DNA of 30,554 bases from Spirogloea muscicola (taxonomy: Eukaryota), in the NCBI GenBank assembly GCA_009602725.1, contig WELB01000023.1:264360-294913 (forward strand), written 5' to 3'. Position 1 is the first letter of the stretch. Each line of letters opens with the position of its first letter. The position numbers and the translations under genes were made by a program. Of this stretch, positions 12,302 to 23,209 are shown piece by piece. The notes under the pieces are model-generated. The model was given only the letters and a program-made list of their open reading frames with translations, searched no databases and was not told the DNA's origin.

Positions 12302-12585
12302 GGTGGGCTGGCCCTCAGCAGCCCTCGCCTCCTCCAGAAGACAAGCTAAGCCTAAGGGGGGGGGATGGGTGTAGAATGGCAGAGGCAGGAGGAGGAGCTC
12401 TACCGCTGGAATGAGCTACTTTCCAAGAAAGCAGCTGCTTCTCTCCGCTCCCCCCTCTGTGGGCTGGCCGTCCCCAGCCCGCGGCCTTCTTGGAAGGGCT
12501 CACTTGGTTTCGGATGAGCTCACGTTCTCGTTCAGAAGAAGGACGCTTCCAGCAGAGGGCGATGGCTGTGAGAGGAAGCCCAGAG
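12302..12585. repeat. Dispersed-repeat copies in the NOP58 5' flank (two minus, one plus)
   Basis: tgggctggcc...cagccc...gcc...gaag at 12304 and 12460 (minus copies); cttccagcagagggcgatggctgtgagaggaagccca at about 12546-12582 (plus copy). Confidence 0.75.
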
Positions 12586-12968
12586 AGTTCAACTGGTGTG
12601 AGATCACTGCGCTTCTCTATCTCTCCAAGGGCCGAAGTGGCCGAGTGGCCGAGTTGCCTGGCGATACACGGCGGCAGACGGCCGTCGGATCGAGAATCGG
12701 CAGGAGACGATCGAACGGCCTCGATCGGCCCGGTGCCGACCCCGCCCCCAGGCGACAGCACATGCGGAGGAAGAGAAGCCGTCCCCCCCGCCGCCGCCGC
12801 CGCCGCCGCCGCCGCGTTTGCCGCCGCAAAGAGCGGCGCGCCGCCGGCTCCGCCGCCGCGNGAGCGCAGGCCCGCGCCGTCGTCCCTTGGCGCCACTCGG
12901 CCGGCTGGGGCAGGCGACGAGCGGCGGTCTGACGCCGCCGCTGCCTTGGCTGGCCGGCGAGCTCGCAG

Positions 12969-13018
12969 GACATATGGAAGCAATTCGAGACGCCCGACGC
13001 CGCCAGGAAGGTGGGCCT

Positions 13019-13071
<53 letters not shown>

Positions 13072-16000
13072 GTTGCTGTGTCCAATCCGAGCTGGGGCCT
13101 ACGGTGGGCCTCGGCGTTTGTCCAGTGCCAGGCCGCAGCCTCAGCGCCGCAGCCTCAGTACCACGCCGCCGTCGCGAGTGCAGAGCGTCCAGCTGCAGGC
13201 GTTCGAGAAGTTTGGCAACACCGCCGAGGCGCTGGGCGCGGCAACGGCGCTTGTGGACAGCAAGCTCCCCAAGGCCCTGCGCAAGTTCCTGCGCGCCCAG
13301 TGCCAGAGCGAGACGCTGGCCGTCGCCGACTCCAAGCTCGGCTCCATCATCAAGGAGAAGCTGGTGAGGCGCCGGCGCCGCGCTCGCCGCTCTCTCAGCA
13401 AGGGCTGTGCCTTTGCAAGCTGTGGTGGGGCTTGGACCAGGAGCAGCAGGGCCACAGCAGCGGTGCCGACGTGGGAGACGGGGACCTCTAGCATCACTGA
13501 CTGAGCTTGTTGTACCGCGACTGCAGCAGTGGTTCTGGTATCGGCAAACTAGACACCTGCTGAGCCAAGCTGGGTTTGGGATTTTGGTTTTGTGGGTTTT
13601 GTGGGTTTTGTGGGTTTTGTGGGCTTTCTGGATTTTGTGGGGTTTGGGTTTTAGGTGTAGCAGCCCAAAGCCGTCAGTGACACGAGACGAGGTGCAGCCA
13701 CCAAGTTGGCTCTGCGGTTGGTTATATGGCATCTCGCTGTCGCCTGTGCTGCATACTGTGGCTACATTGAGGTGCTTGAGCGGGGTCGTTCACAGGCTGC
13801 ACCCTTGGGTCTGCTGACGTTTACTGGCGATCATATTTTGAAACCCAGTTTGTGGATTCGCACGTTCTCACTGTGGTCTGGTGCGTGCGTGCCTCGGTGC
13901 TGCGGCTGGGCGCAGGGCGTGACCTGCGTGCACAGCGCGGCCGTGATGGAGCTCATGCGGGGCGTCCGCAGCCACCTGGGCGAGCTCATCACCGGCCTTG
14001 GCGGCCAGGACCTTGCGCCCATGAGCCTCGGCCTCTCGCACAGCCTCTCGCGCTACAAGCTCAAGTTCAGCCCAGACAAGGTACGTACATCGTCGTCGCA
14101 AAACTCCATCTCTCGCCCCCCTCCCCCGCAAAGCTTTCACCATGTGACGGCACGCAGGCTGTCTCGGCTAGGCTAGCCGGGCTTCTTCATCAGCCAAAGT
14201 CTCAGTCAGTTGGAAGGTACTGACGTTATTGCTGCTTTGCGTTTTGGTTTGGTAGGATGCTCCCCATAGAGAGGCTCGTACTTGACAAGGGGACGGCACA
14301 TGCGGGTGCAGGTGGACACCATGATCGTGCAAGCCATTGGCCTGCTGGATGACCTGGACAAGGAGCTCAACACGTATGCAATGCGCGTGCGTGAGTGGTA
14401 CGGCTGGCACTTCCCAGAGCTTGCCAAGATCGTCACAGACAACATTGAGTATGCCAAGGTTGTGCGCCTGATGGGGCCGCGGACGAGCGCTGCCTCCATG
14501 GACTTCTCTGAGGTGCCCCTGCCGCTCTCAACACCCTCCTGCTGGCACGTACTCTCGCAGCAAATCACTCTTCCAGTACAATCACGTCTCAGTGCTTAAG
14601 TCCAATGGCTGACAGGGTTATCATTGCTGGCAGTGTAGTCACAACAGATTGGCCACATTGTGGTCAATGTGCAAATCCTTGCCAGGTTCTCTCTGAGGAG
14701 GTGGAGGTGGACATGAAGGAGGCGGCAGTCATCTCCATGGGCACGGAGGTCAGCGAGCAGGATATGGCGAATATCGTGGCGCTGTGCGAGCAGGTCATCT
14801 CGCTGGCTGAGTACCGCGCACAGCTATATGACTACCTGCGCTCGCGCATGGCGGCGATTGCGCCCAATCTCACGGTGCTCGTCGGCGAGCTTGTGGGTGC
14901 GCGCCTCATCGCACACGCGGGCAGCCTCATCAATCTGGCCAAGTTCCCCGCCAGCACCGTGCAGATCCTGGGCGCAGAGAAGGTGACATACTTTCAGCTA
15001 CTTCAATAGGCGTCAGAAGCTACATTTGACAGATTATGTTTGGGGCAGTCGGGTGACTATCAAGTCACACTTCTGACTCTGTCCTCTCGTTTTGTGCAGG
15101 CACTTTTTCGTGCATTGAAAACAAAACACGAGACGCCCAAGTACGGGCTGATATATCATGCGTCGCTTATCGGGCAGGCGCCGCCAAAGCTGAAGGGCAA
15201 GATTTCGCGCTCGCTTGCTGCCAAGTGCGCACTCTCGATCCGCATCGACGCCCTCGCTGAGAGCTCAGAGCCCACCATTGGCCTCGAGAGCCGTGCCAAG
15301 GTTCACGCAGCCACCGTCTTTGAAGCACCCAAGACATATGAGTGCAGTGATTGTCAGAGCGTGGTCAAGTGCATGCAGCACCCATTTGTTTGCATGGGCC
15401 AGATGGACCAATTTTATGTAGTTTCACGATCTTGGCTGGGTAAGCAGTGCAGTTCCTGTATGTGCAGCTGGAGGCGAGGCTTCGGCAGCTGGAGGGCCGG
15501 ACGATGGCCAAGGCAAGCGGCGCTGCACGGGGCAAGCCCATGGTTGAGGCATATGACCGCGATCGCAAAAGGGATGCCCCTCTCCTCCTTACAACGGCCA
15601 AGGTGAGAGTCAGATCAGAACTCACTGCCGGTGATTTGAATGGTTGGCAAGCACGAGTTCTCAGAAAGAATCTGGAGCTTGTGGAGGCCTTACCACTGCA
15701 CTCACATTTTGGCTCCACAATGCAGGCGTACAACCCGGCCGCCGACTCGACTTTGACAGTCGACGCTCAGGAGGCTGCTGGTGAAGCTCGAGCAGAGCTG
15801 AAGAAAAAGAAGAAGAAGAAGAAGGAGTCAGTGGTCAGCATGGGAGATGCTGTGGTCGAGGCACCTGAGGTGACTCCTGCAACAGGCGAGCCGGCAGAGA
15901 CAAGGCCCAAGAAGAAGAAGATAGTGAAGACGGTAGAGACGGAGGAGACGACTGTCACTGTGAAGCCGGCACCAGATGGTGGTGCTCCAGTCACAGTAAG

Positions 16001-16323
16001 TCGTCACTCACCTCTGTCTGGCATTGCATGCTAGAGTGGTCATCTAATCAAAGGAGTACATTGTCTCCAAAAGAAGTGGCCTCAACATGAACTTATAGAG
16101 GTAAAGTTCTATCCTGTTGATTGCCGTTTCACAAACTTTGCCTGTATGAGCACAGGAGAAGGCAACAAAAAAGAAGGAAAGGTACTTTGAGGAAGACGCT
16201 GAAGAGGGGCTGGCTGGCAAGAAAGTCAAGAGGAAAGCGGCAGGAGACTCCAGTGCTGCTGCACTCAATGGAGGAACAGAAAAGCCGAAGAAGAAGAAGA
16301 AGACACAGCAGCCTGAGTTGTAG
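12969..16323 (+). CDS. NOP58: Nucleolar protein 58 (box C/D snoRNP core protein, NOP5/NOP58); 5'-partial
   Basis: Motifs [129 protein letters not shown] and a Lys/Glu-rich tail. Exons: 12969-13010, 13184-13363, 13916-14080, 14312-14512, 14686-14982, 15100-15300, 15468-15602, 15726-15995, 16156-16323 (TAG). The conserved first exon (ML.LFET.AG..LFK) is not visible. Confidence 0.95.
13021..13069 (+). repeat. (GCC)n trinucleotide microsatellite in a NOP58 intron
   Basis: Direct reading; a second (GCC)n run lies at about 12789-12814. Confidence 0.9.
13572..13655 (+). repeat. (TTTTGTGGG)n telomere-like/G-quadruplex-forming repeat in a NOP58 intron
   Basis: GGG tracts at 13594, 13603, 13612 and 13621 with 6-nt TTTTGT loops, flanked by further degenerate TnGGG units. 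Confidence 0.8.
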
Positions 16324-17032
16324 CACCCCTCAGTACATAGCCTCAAGCACAAGGCTGTCACCTGGTCGACATGGTGCAGTGAGCTTTTGCTGTGTAGGGT
16401 CGCCATCGCCTCATTGTCGAAGCTTAGAGCTTCATGGCATGCACGTTATTAGCTGCTTTGGCGTGGCTGTAGTGCTAGAATCGAGGCATGAAGCTTCATG
16501 GCCTGCCCACCGCTGGCTGGACACACACGGCTGAGCTGATGCTTGCACAACAGTGCCAAGCCCTGTCATGCCCCGCCCCTCACGCAGCCCCTATCAAGCT
16601 GTAATGCTGGCACCGCTATACACCGGAGGTGCCTGCTTGGAAGGCGAGTACCACCTGCAGCTACCTTCACTTGACAACCTTCAGGAGATAGACTCCACAT
16701 GTTGGCTGCCCAAGTTGGTTGTGACTGAGGCCAATGTGCGCAAACCTCAGAAAGGCCGCAAGGCTTGGAACAACATTAGTGGTGCCAACGAGGAAGGCAA
16801 TGTCAACGAAACCATTGACCAGCGCGAATGAATGCCAAGCATAGTTTGAGACCAGCCCAGACGACTCTGGGAACCTGCTCAAGAATGAATGGGGTTCTGT
16901 TTCCAATGGGCTCTTGCGAGGTGTAAACTAGGCCGCCAGCTGTCTGCTTGACTAATGCAGCAGTGTGGAAGAGGACTGCCAGCTTGTCTAAGCTTGCAGT
17001 AATGTAGTAGGACATGTGCAGGCCGCTTGGTA

Positions 17033-20000
17033 CTAGCTCGAAAACGTCTGCGTGAGCTCAACCTTCATGTCCTCTGCTTGAAGCTCGTACTTCCATTCCC
17101 AGCTGCTGTGAACGTTTGACAAGGGCTCCAAGTGGCATTGCATTCCTGCAGCAGAAGATCCGAGACCAGTGTTATTTCGAAAGTCTTGCAAGAGGGACAA
17201 GAGACGGGTCAACGAATAAGACAGCCTCAGTGAGCGCGGCGGAAGCGCACCACCACTGGCGGAGGATGACACGTGCATTCGATGGCCAGCCGGGACCTCA
17301 AATGTCTGCTGGCCCTGCCACAGCCAAAGAGCACCCATCATGGTCCTGGTCAGTCTCAGTAGGATGTCAGCAGACGAAGTGAGAGTACATCAGCATGCCT
17401 TGCTGCGTTGATTCTGCAGCCTGTGGACAGATGGCTGGTACCTCAATGGTCACATCGCAGGCCTCAAATTCAGCACTGCCATGGAGGACAACCCGAGCCG
17501 CCTCGTGCCGGCTCACGCGGTGTTGCCAGTAGACATTGTCGGCACTGTCCCAATCTACGCCTCGATTGATGATGCGCACTCGTTCCAGCATGCACCTGCC
17601 ACACCTGCAAGTTGCAAGCAAGGCTATCACGCTACTGAATCAATTGGCTATATTATGGGTTTCTTTGACATGTACCCGCAGAACGTCACATGCCTGAGCA
17701 AGTGCAGGAGGAATGCTGCCTCCCAGGAGAATGGCAAGGTCGTATTGGTTGATTTACACGTTTCTTAAACTACCACCGCAAGGCCCCAGGCGCCATGAGT
17801 GGTCAGCTTACTGTCTGCCGTACTCCAGTATGTGCTCGCCGGACTCGTCAGAGACCATGGCCCCCATGATGTTGTCTGCGTGCACAAGAAGGCTGCCTCG
17901 CACCTGCACAATTTGCACAACCTATATTCAACAAGCAGACTCAACAACTGCAAGGTGATGATATGGCAGCCAAAGCTTCAGGCAGAGTGCTTGACACAGA
18001 AAGTGACTGGCCCACTTTGACTTTCACAGACTCCACACCACGAGATCATGTGATTATTGCACAAGCAGATATGTAGAGCACCAAGGCACAGCTGAGAGCT
18101 GCTTACCTCCACATCTCTCCAGTAGAGCTCCGCAATCTCAAGCACCACCTCCGAGCCCGTCGCAATAGATCCACCATGCACCTTCCTCACAAAATACAAC
18201 GAGGACCGTGAGCTTCTACAGCAGCTATGAAAAGAGCTATAGCACAGGGTCAAGTCTTGCTCTCCTGACGGGTCAAGTTCGACTCTGACAGGAGGAGCAC
18301 TTGCAGGGCGAACACTTGTGGAGAAGGACTGGGACTTGAGATGCATCTTGACAGCGGGCACCCATTCAAGTAAGTAGCATGACAACCTTCTGGCGGATGA
18401 TGTCCCAGAGGGGGCCAAGAGCTGGATGGTACGTCATCATATATGGTGGGCATGTGTCGAGGTAGCACTGATTGCTCTCCATCTGCAGAAACGCCATCAA
18501 CAGCAAGTACTTGAAGTTAGGAACCAAAACCGCACTTCCAACAAGACTTCTGCATGCAAGCGGTACCGACTCTCAAGCACATGAGGCAGCTGGGAGGGCA
18601 GCTGCTCAAGGGGCAGTAGTGTGAGCGTCGACGCTAACCAAGGGCATGGCTACGCCACAAGAGGAGAAGAGCTCCCCTGCGTTTCGATAGAGGTCCAGTA
18701 TGGACCCATCAGGCGTCTGCAGCCGACCACGTAAAGACTCAGTAACCCTTTGCAGGCTTGCATTGCACAGACGGAGCTTACATGCCAGGGCGACGATGAG
18801 GACCAAGTCCATGATCATCTTACAGCGACCATTGATGGTATTGTCGTCTGACCTGGTGTAAGGAGAGTTCATCAGGGTTCCTGCGGCGCTTTGCAGACGA
18901 TGTCACTTTGCGCCTTTCGTTGTATACCAAGAACGTGTCCAGAGAATCTGATCAGGTTGCCCACGGACATGACAACTTAACACCATATAAGACAAGTGTG
19001 AGCTGAGGTGATGCGTCATAGCAAAGTCAAACCCATCATTGCACGCTGTCAAAGCTGGCAGCACACCAGATCTTGCTTTTGGAGACTGACCGTAATCACA
19101 AGGTGCCAGTCGGCTATCGCAACCCTGTACCAGCGAGTCTGCGATATTCTGCATGGTGCACTCGAGGCGGCCAGCTCGAACACTGCCACATTAAGAGGCC
19201 ACCCTGAGCTCCTTGGGCTTGTTATTATCCTCACTGCCTCTTGCGGCAGGTTTGCGAATACATGTCCTCGGCAGTTAGGCTTAACAGTTAGGCTTAACGT
19301 ACTTGACAAACAGCAAGTAGACAAGCAGGATGCTTGCAAATGATTCGGCTCACAGCATATGGACCTGTGCTTGCGCCCAAATTGGTCCTGGAACTTAATC
19401 TGCTTCTTGAGGTTCATTATGAGGCCAGGAAGCGCCGCCGGCCCCTTGCTGGTCGCCACGCGCTCGACAGCCTCCAAGTCCACGTATAGGACATTGGTGT
19501 TTGCTGGATACTGTGACTGCATGCTGACCACTCCAAAGAACCACACACAGGAGTGAGTCATCCTCAGAGCTCGGAGAATCTGACAGAATATTAACATCCA
19601 GCCTCGGCAACTAGAGCTTAATGCTTGTACTCGGTGATTGACTGGTGACAGGCTTTTAGACACAAGATGGGAATGTATTAGGGGCGACTCCGGGTCCCCT
19701 CAAGAAGTACGCATGCGATTGCTCAGGCTGCTGTCGGCATAGCGTACCTTCCCGACGATACAGGGACATCGGCAATGCCAAGCTTGTCAAATTCGGTGTA
19801 TTCAATGCACGTGACGCCATACTCCCATTTGCCGTCCTCCTTGCGCGTCTCAACAAGCACGTTCACGCCCTCCGCCGTCCCCACATTGCGGTCGCAGGAT
19901 GCAAAGCCAAACTTCTGCTAGAGGATGAATAAGACCAGCTCTGAGCTTACGATTCTCTTGGCTGGACGAGCAGAGCAACCAGGAGAAAGAAGGCCAGCTT

Positions 20001-22655
20001 GTGCGCAGGCAGGAAGGCATGCATTCGTCCGCAAGCACAACTCCAGCTTGGGAAAGGAAGACACGCTGACCTTCTTGTTGTGAAGCCCGGAGCCCGAGAG
20101 AGCCAGCAGTGTCACGTCTGTGGCAGCAAGAGGGTTGCTGCCAGGCAACGTGGAAGCACGTGCACAAGCACAAACATGGAGGTCAGCAACTGTCATGTTC
20201 CTCTGACACAAGGGGCAAGCCAAGCAACCACACCATCGCCGCGCATGTAACAGAAACGACATACCTGATCTGGCGCACGAGCGCCGACGACCTTCCCAGG
20301 CAGCGGAACCAGTCAAAGATGCCCTCATCTGCTGCGAGCTTCCATATGACGCCGTGGCCGCCCGGTTTCAGCACGGCCGTGAGCGGTTCGCTCATCAGCC
20401 ACTTGCCGCTGTCCGCGGCAACGGTTGGAACCAGGGGCTGCGAAGGACCACCGTAAGTGGAAACCTCAGCACAGCAATCTGCACATGTAGAGGTGTTACT
20501 ATGCAAACGAGACACGGCAACATGACAAAGGAGACCAAGCTGCTCTGACCAACAGATATCTGCATGGTCGTCTACAGCCTGCTAGAACTAAAGCTGTTGC
20601 AAGCATCACAGCCAACGAGGCCGAAGTGCCGCGACCCAGAAGAGTGCTAACAGCACAACTCAGGTCCAACCTGCTCAAACAGGCGGAAAGACTTCCTGCC
20701 TCTCCCAAACCACCGGCGGCTTTCACAAAGGGCCTGGACACGGGCGTGATTCTGCTTTGCAGCGCTTGTCATGATGGCCACCGGCGTGGTGTGCTGCCCG
20801 CCGTACATTCGGAAGTGCAGGTACTCGCGAGCCTGGACGGTGCGTGCACACCAGAACTGTCAGTGGCCAAGGGAGGGGCAATTGCAGGTCCAAGAGATGC
20901 AACAGTCACACTTGCGTCTTGCTTACACGTATCGGAATTCAACCAGCTGCCACAGTCATGGCCAATCTCGCACAAGCTCAGCAGGCAAGCAGAAGGTGGA
21001 AGCGGGAGTGTGGCTCCTGTGCAGCCAGGCTTTCCACGCTGACCTGAAGGTCGCGGATAAGGCCCTCGAGCAGTGTGCGGCCGCAGTAGGGCAGCATGGC
21101 CACAGGCAGGCACTCGCCCGTGCGCTCGTCGACAAGCCCGAGCCGGTCACCAGCGCCGCCCAACGGGTAGATCTCAGCCATGCTCGGAAGGCCCTGCCGG
21201 CAAGCCGCAGGCCACATCCAGAGAGTCCAGTTGAGTGCCCTGTGACCTCGCTGCCATTGCCAGATACTGGAGCTCAGTGCGATGGTCAGCGACGCACCTC
21301 TAGGCCCCACGTGGCGGCTGCGGCGGCAAAGCGCCTGTCCTTGGCGAGGTTCGGGCCTGCCGGCACCAGGAACCGGCGGGCCTCCTGCGCTTCAATCGCC
21401 GACAGAGCAGCGAGGCCCCCTTGGCGCTCCAGCGACGCCGCTCGGATGAGCTCCAGCGACGTGAGCTGGTACCTGCCATGGAAAGCAGGGGGAACCTTGA
21501 CAAATCGCCGCCAATCCAATAAGAAGCTGAGCAAGGAATTGAACAAAGGTCACATGATTGCGGCGGCGGCTGACCCCAGGATGCCGCCGATGCTGTCGTA
21601 GAACCGCTCCATGCGGCGCAGCACGCCGACGAGCTCGGCGAGGCTGTCGCGCAGCGGCCGCGGCGCGGCGCAGGGCTCCCCGTACTCGCAGTCGGCGAGG
21701 CCGCCGGCCGCCGCCTTGGCCNNNNNNNNNNNNNNNNNNNNNNNNNNNNNNNNNNNNNNNNNNNNNNNNNNNNNNNNNNNNNNNNNNNNNNNNNNNNNNN
21801 NNNNNNNNNNNNNNNNNNNNNNNNNNNNNNNNNNNNNNNNNNNNNNNNNNNNNNNNNNNNNNNNNNNNNNNNNNNNNNNNNNNNNNNNNNNNNNNNNNNN
21901 NNNNNNNNNNNNNNNNNNNNNNNNNNNNNNNNNNNNNNNNNNNNNNNNNNNNNNNNNNNNNNNNNNNNNNNNNNNNNNNNNNNNNNNNNNNNNNNNNNNN
22001 NNNNNNNNNNNNNNNNNNNNNNNNNNNNNNNNNNNNNNNNNNNNNNNNNNNNNNNNNNNNNNNNNNNNNNNNNNNNNNNNNNNNNNNNNNNNNNNNNNNN
22101 NNNNNNNNNNNNNNNNNNNNNNNNNNNNNNNNNNNNNNNNNNNNNNNNNNNNNNNNNNNNNNNNNNNNNNNNNNNNNNNNNNNNNNNNNNNNNNNNNNNN
22201 NNNNNNNNNNNNNNNNNNNNNNNNNNNNNNNNNNNNNNNNNNNNNNNNNNNNNNNNNNNNNNNNNNNNNNNNNNNNNNNNNNNNNNNNNNNNNNNNNNNN
22301 NNNNNNNNNNNNNNNNNNNNNNNNNNNNNNNNNNNNNNNNNNNNNNNNNNNNNNNNNNNNNNNNNNNNNNNNNNNNNNNNNNNNNNNNNNNNNNNNNNNN
22401 NNNNNNNNNNNNNNNNNNNNNNNNNNNNNNNNNNNNNNNNNNNNNNNNNNNNNNNNNNNNNNNNNNNNNNNNNNNNNNNNNNNNNNNNNNNNNNNNNNNN
22501 NNNNNNNNNNNNNNNNNNNNNNNNNNNNNNNNNNNNNNNNNNNNNNNNNNNNNNNNNNNNNNNNNNNNNNNNNNNNNNNNNNNNNNNNNNNNNNNNNNNN
22601 NNNNGGGGCGGGGGGAGCAAGTGGAATCTATCCGGAACCGGCTTGCGGCCGCCAT
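17033..22655 (-). CDS. UGP3: UDP-glucose pyrophosphorylase 3, plastid (sulfolipid precursor synthesis); 5' part interrupted by assembly gap
   Basis: UGP3-like motifs [117 protein letters not shown]. Exons (plus-strand coordinates, 5' to 3' of gene): gap..21575, 21298-21472, 21044-21193, 20671-20832, 20265-20437, 20071-20137, 19748-19914, 19365-19523, 19091-19182, 18853-18947, 18639-18716, 18387-18482, 18107-18181, 17812-17903, 17442-17604, 17251-17314, 17033-17145. The start (ATG at 22655 or another near the gap 21722-22604) is uncertain. Confidence 0.93.
21722..22604. other. Assembly gap (N run) within the UGP3 5' coding region
   Basis: Run of N. Confidence 0.99.
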
Positions 22656-22770
22656 GTCAGCTCCGGGCGCCCACCCCCGGATCCCGACCCCCGGCACTGG
22701 GCGCGCGCAGCAAGCGAAGTACAGCTGTCGCCCAAAGGAGGCCAATGGCTACGTGATCAGTTAGCGAGAG

Positions 22771-22904
22771 CGCCTCTACCAGGAGATGGCTGTGAGTGGC
22801 CAGCCGAGAGCACACGATGAAACAGAGCTCGGAAGGGCCAGAAAAAGCGCTGAAGTGAAGCGCTGAAGCGTACAGCGACTCCAGTGGCCACTGGGTGCTC
22901 AATA
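22771..22904 (+). repeat. Dispersed-repeat copy in the UGP3 5' flank
   Basis: gatggctgtgagtggccagccgag...cagagctcggaagggccagaaaaagcgct...cagcgactccagtggccactgggtgctcaa matches copies at 1297 and 3272. Confidence 0.8.
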
Positions 22905-23209
22905 TCCCTGTTGAGTTGCTGTGTGCATTACTCCTTCCTGCCGTAGCTCGGAAGAGCTGTTCTGCCAGCGGGCGCAGGCTCACGCAGTGCACTTGCGGGC
23001 AGGCCGTGCCATGGCTGCTGCTTCAGGGGGGGCGTGCACTAAGCGGATTCGTTTCCCTAGGGATTGGAAGTCTCCGCTGCAGCAGGGGGGCATGGAGCAG
23101 CGAAAGCGGAAGCAAAGGATGCCAGCCCGACGAGAGATGGATGACTCCTCGAGGGATGTTCAGGCCTTTTTGACATGGTGAGAAGCTGCGTTGCTTGCTC
23201 GGCCATGTG

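Noticed and set aside
13364..16155. Expected intronic snoRNAs in NOP58 (a common host gene)
   Set aside because: No RTGATGA...CTGA arrangement found in the introns I read.
16553..16906. Short ORFs between the convergent NOP58 and UGP3 3' ends
   Set aside because: No recognisable domain or splice structure; likely 3' UTR or intergenic.
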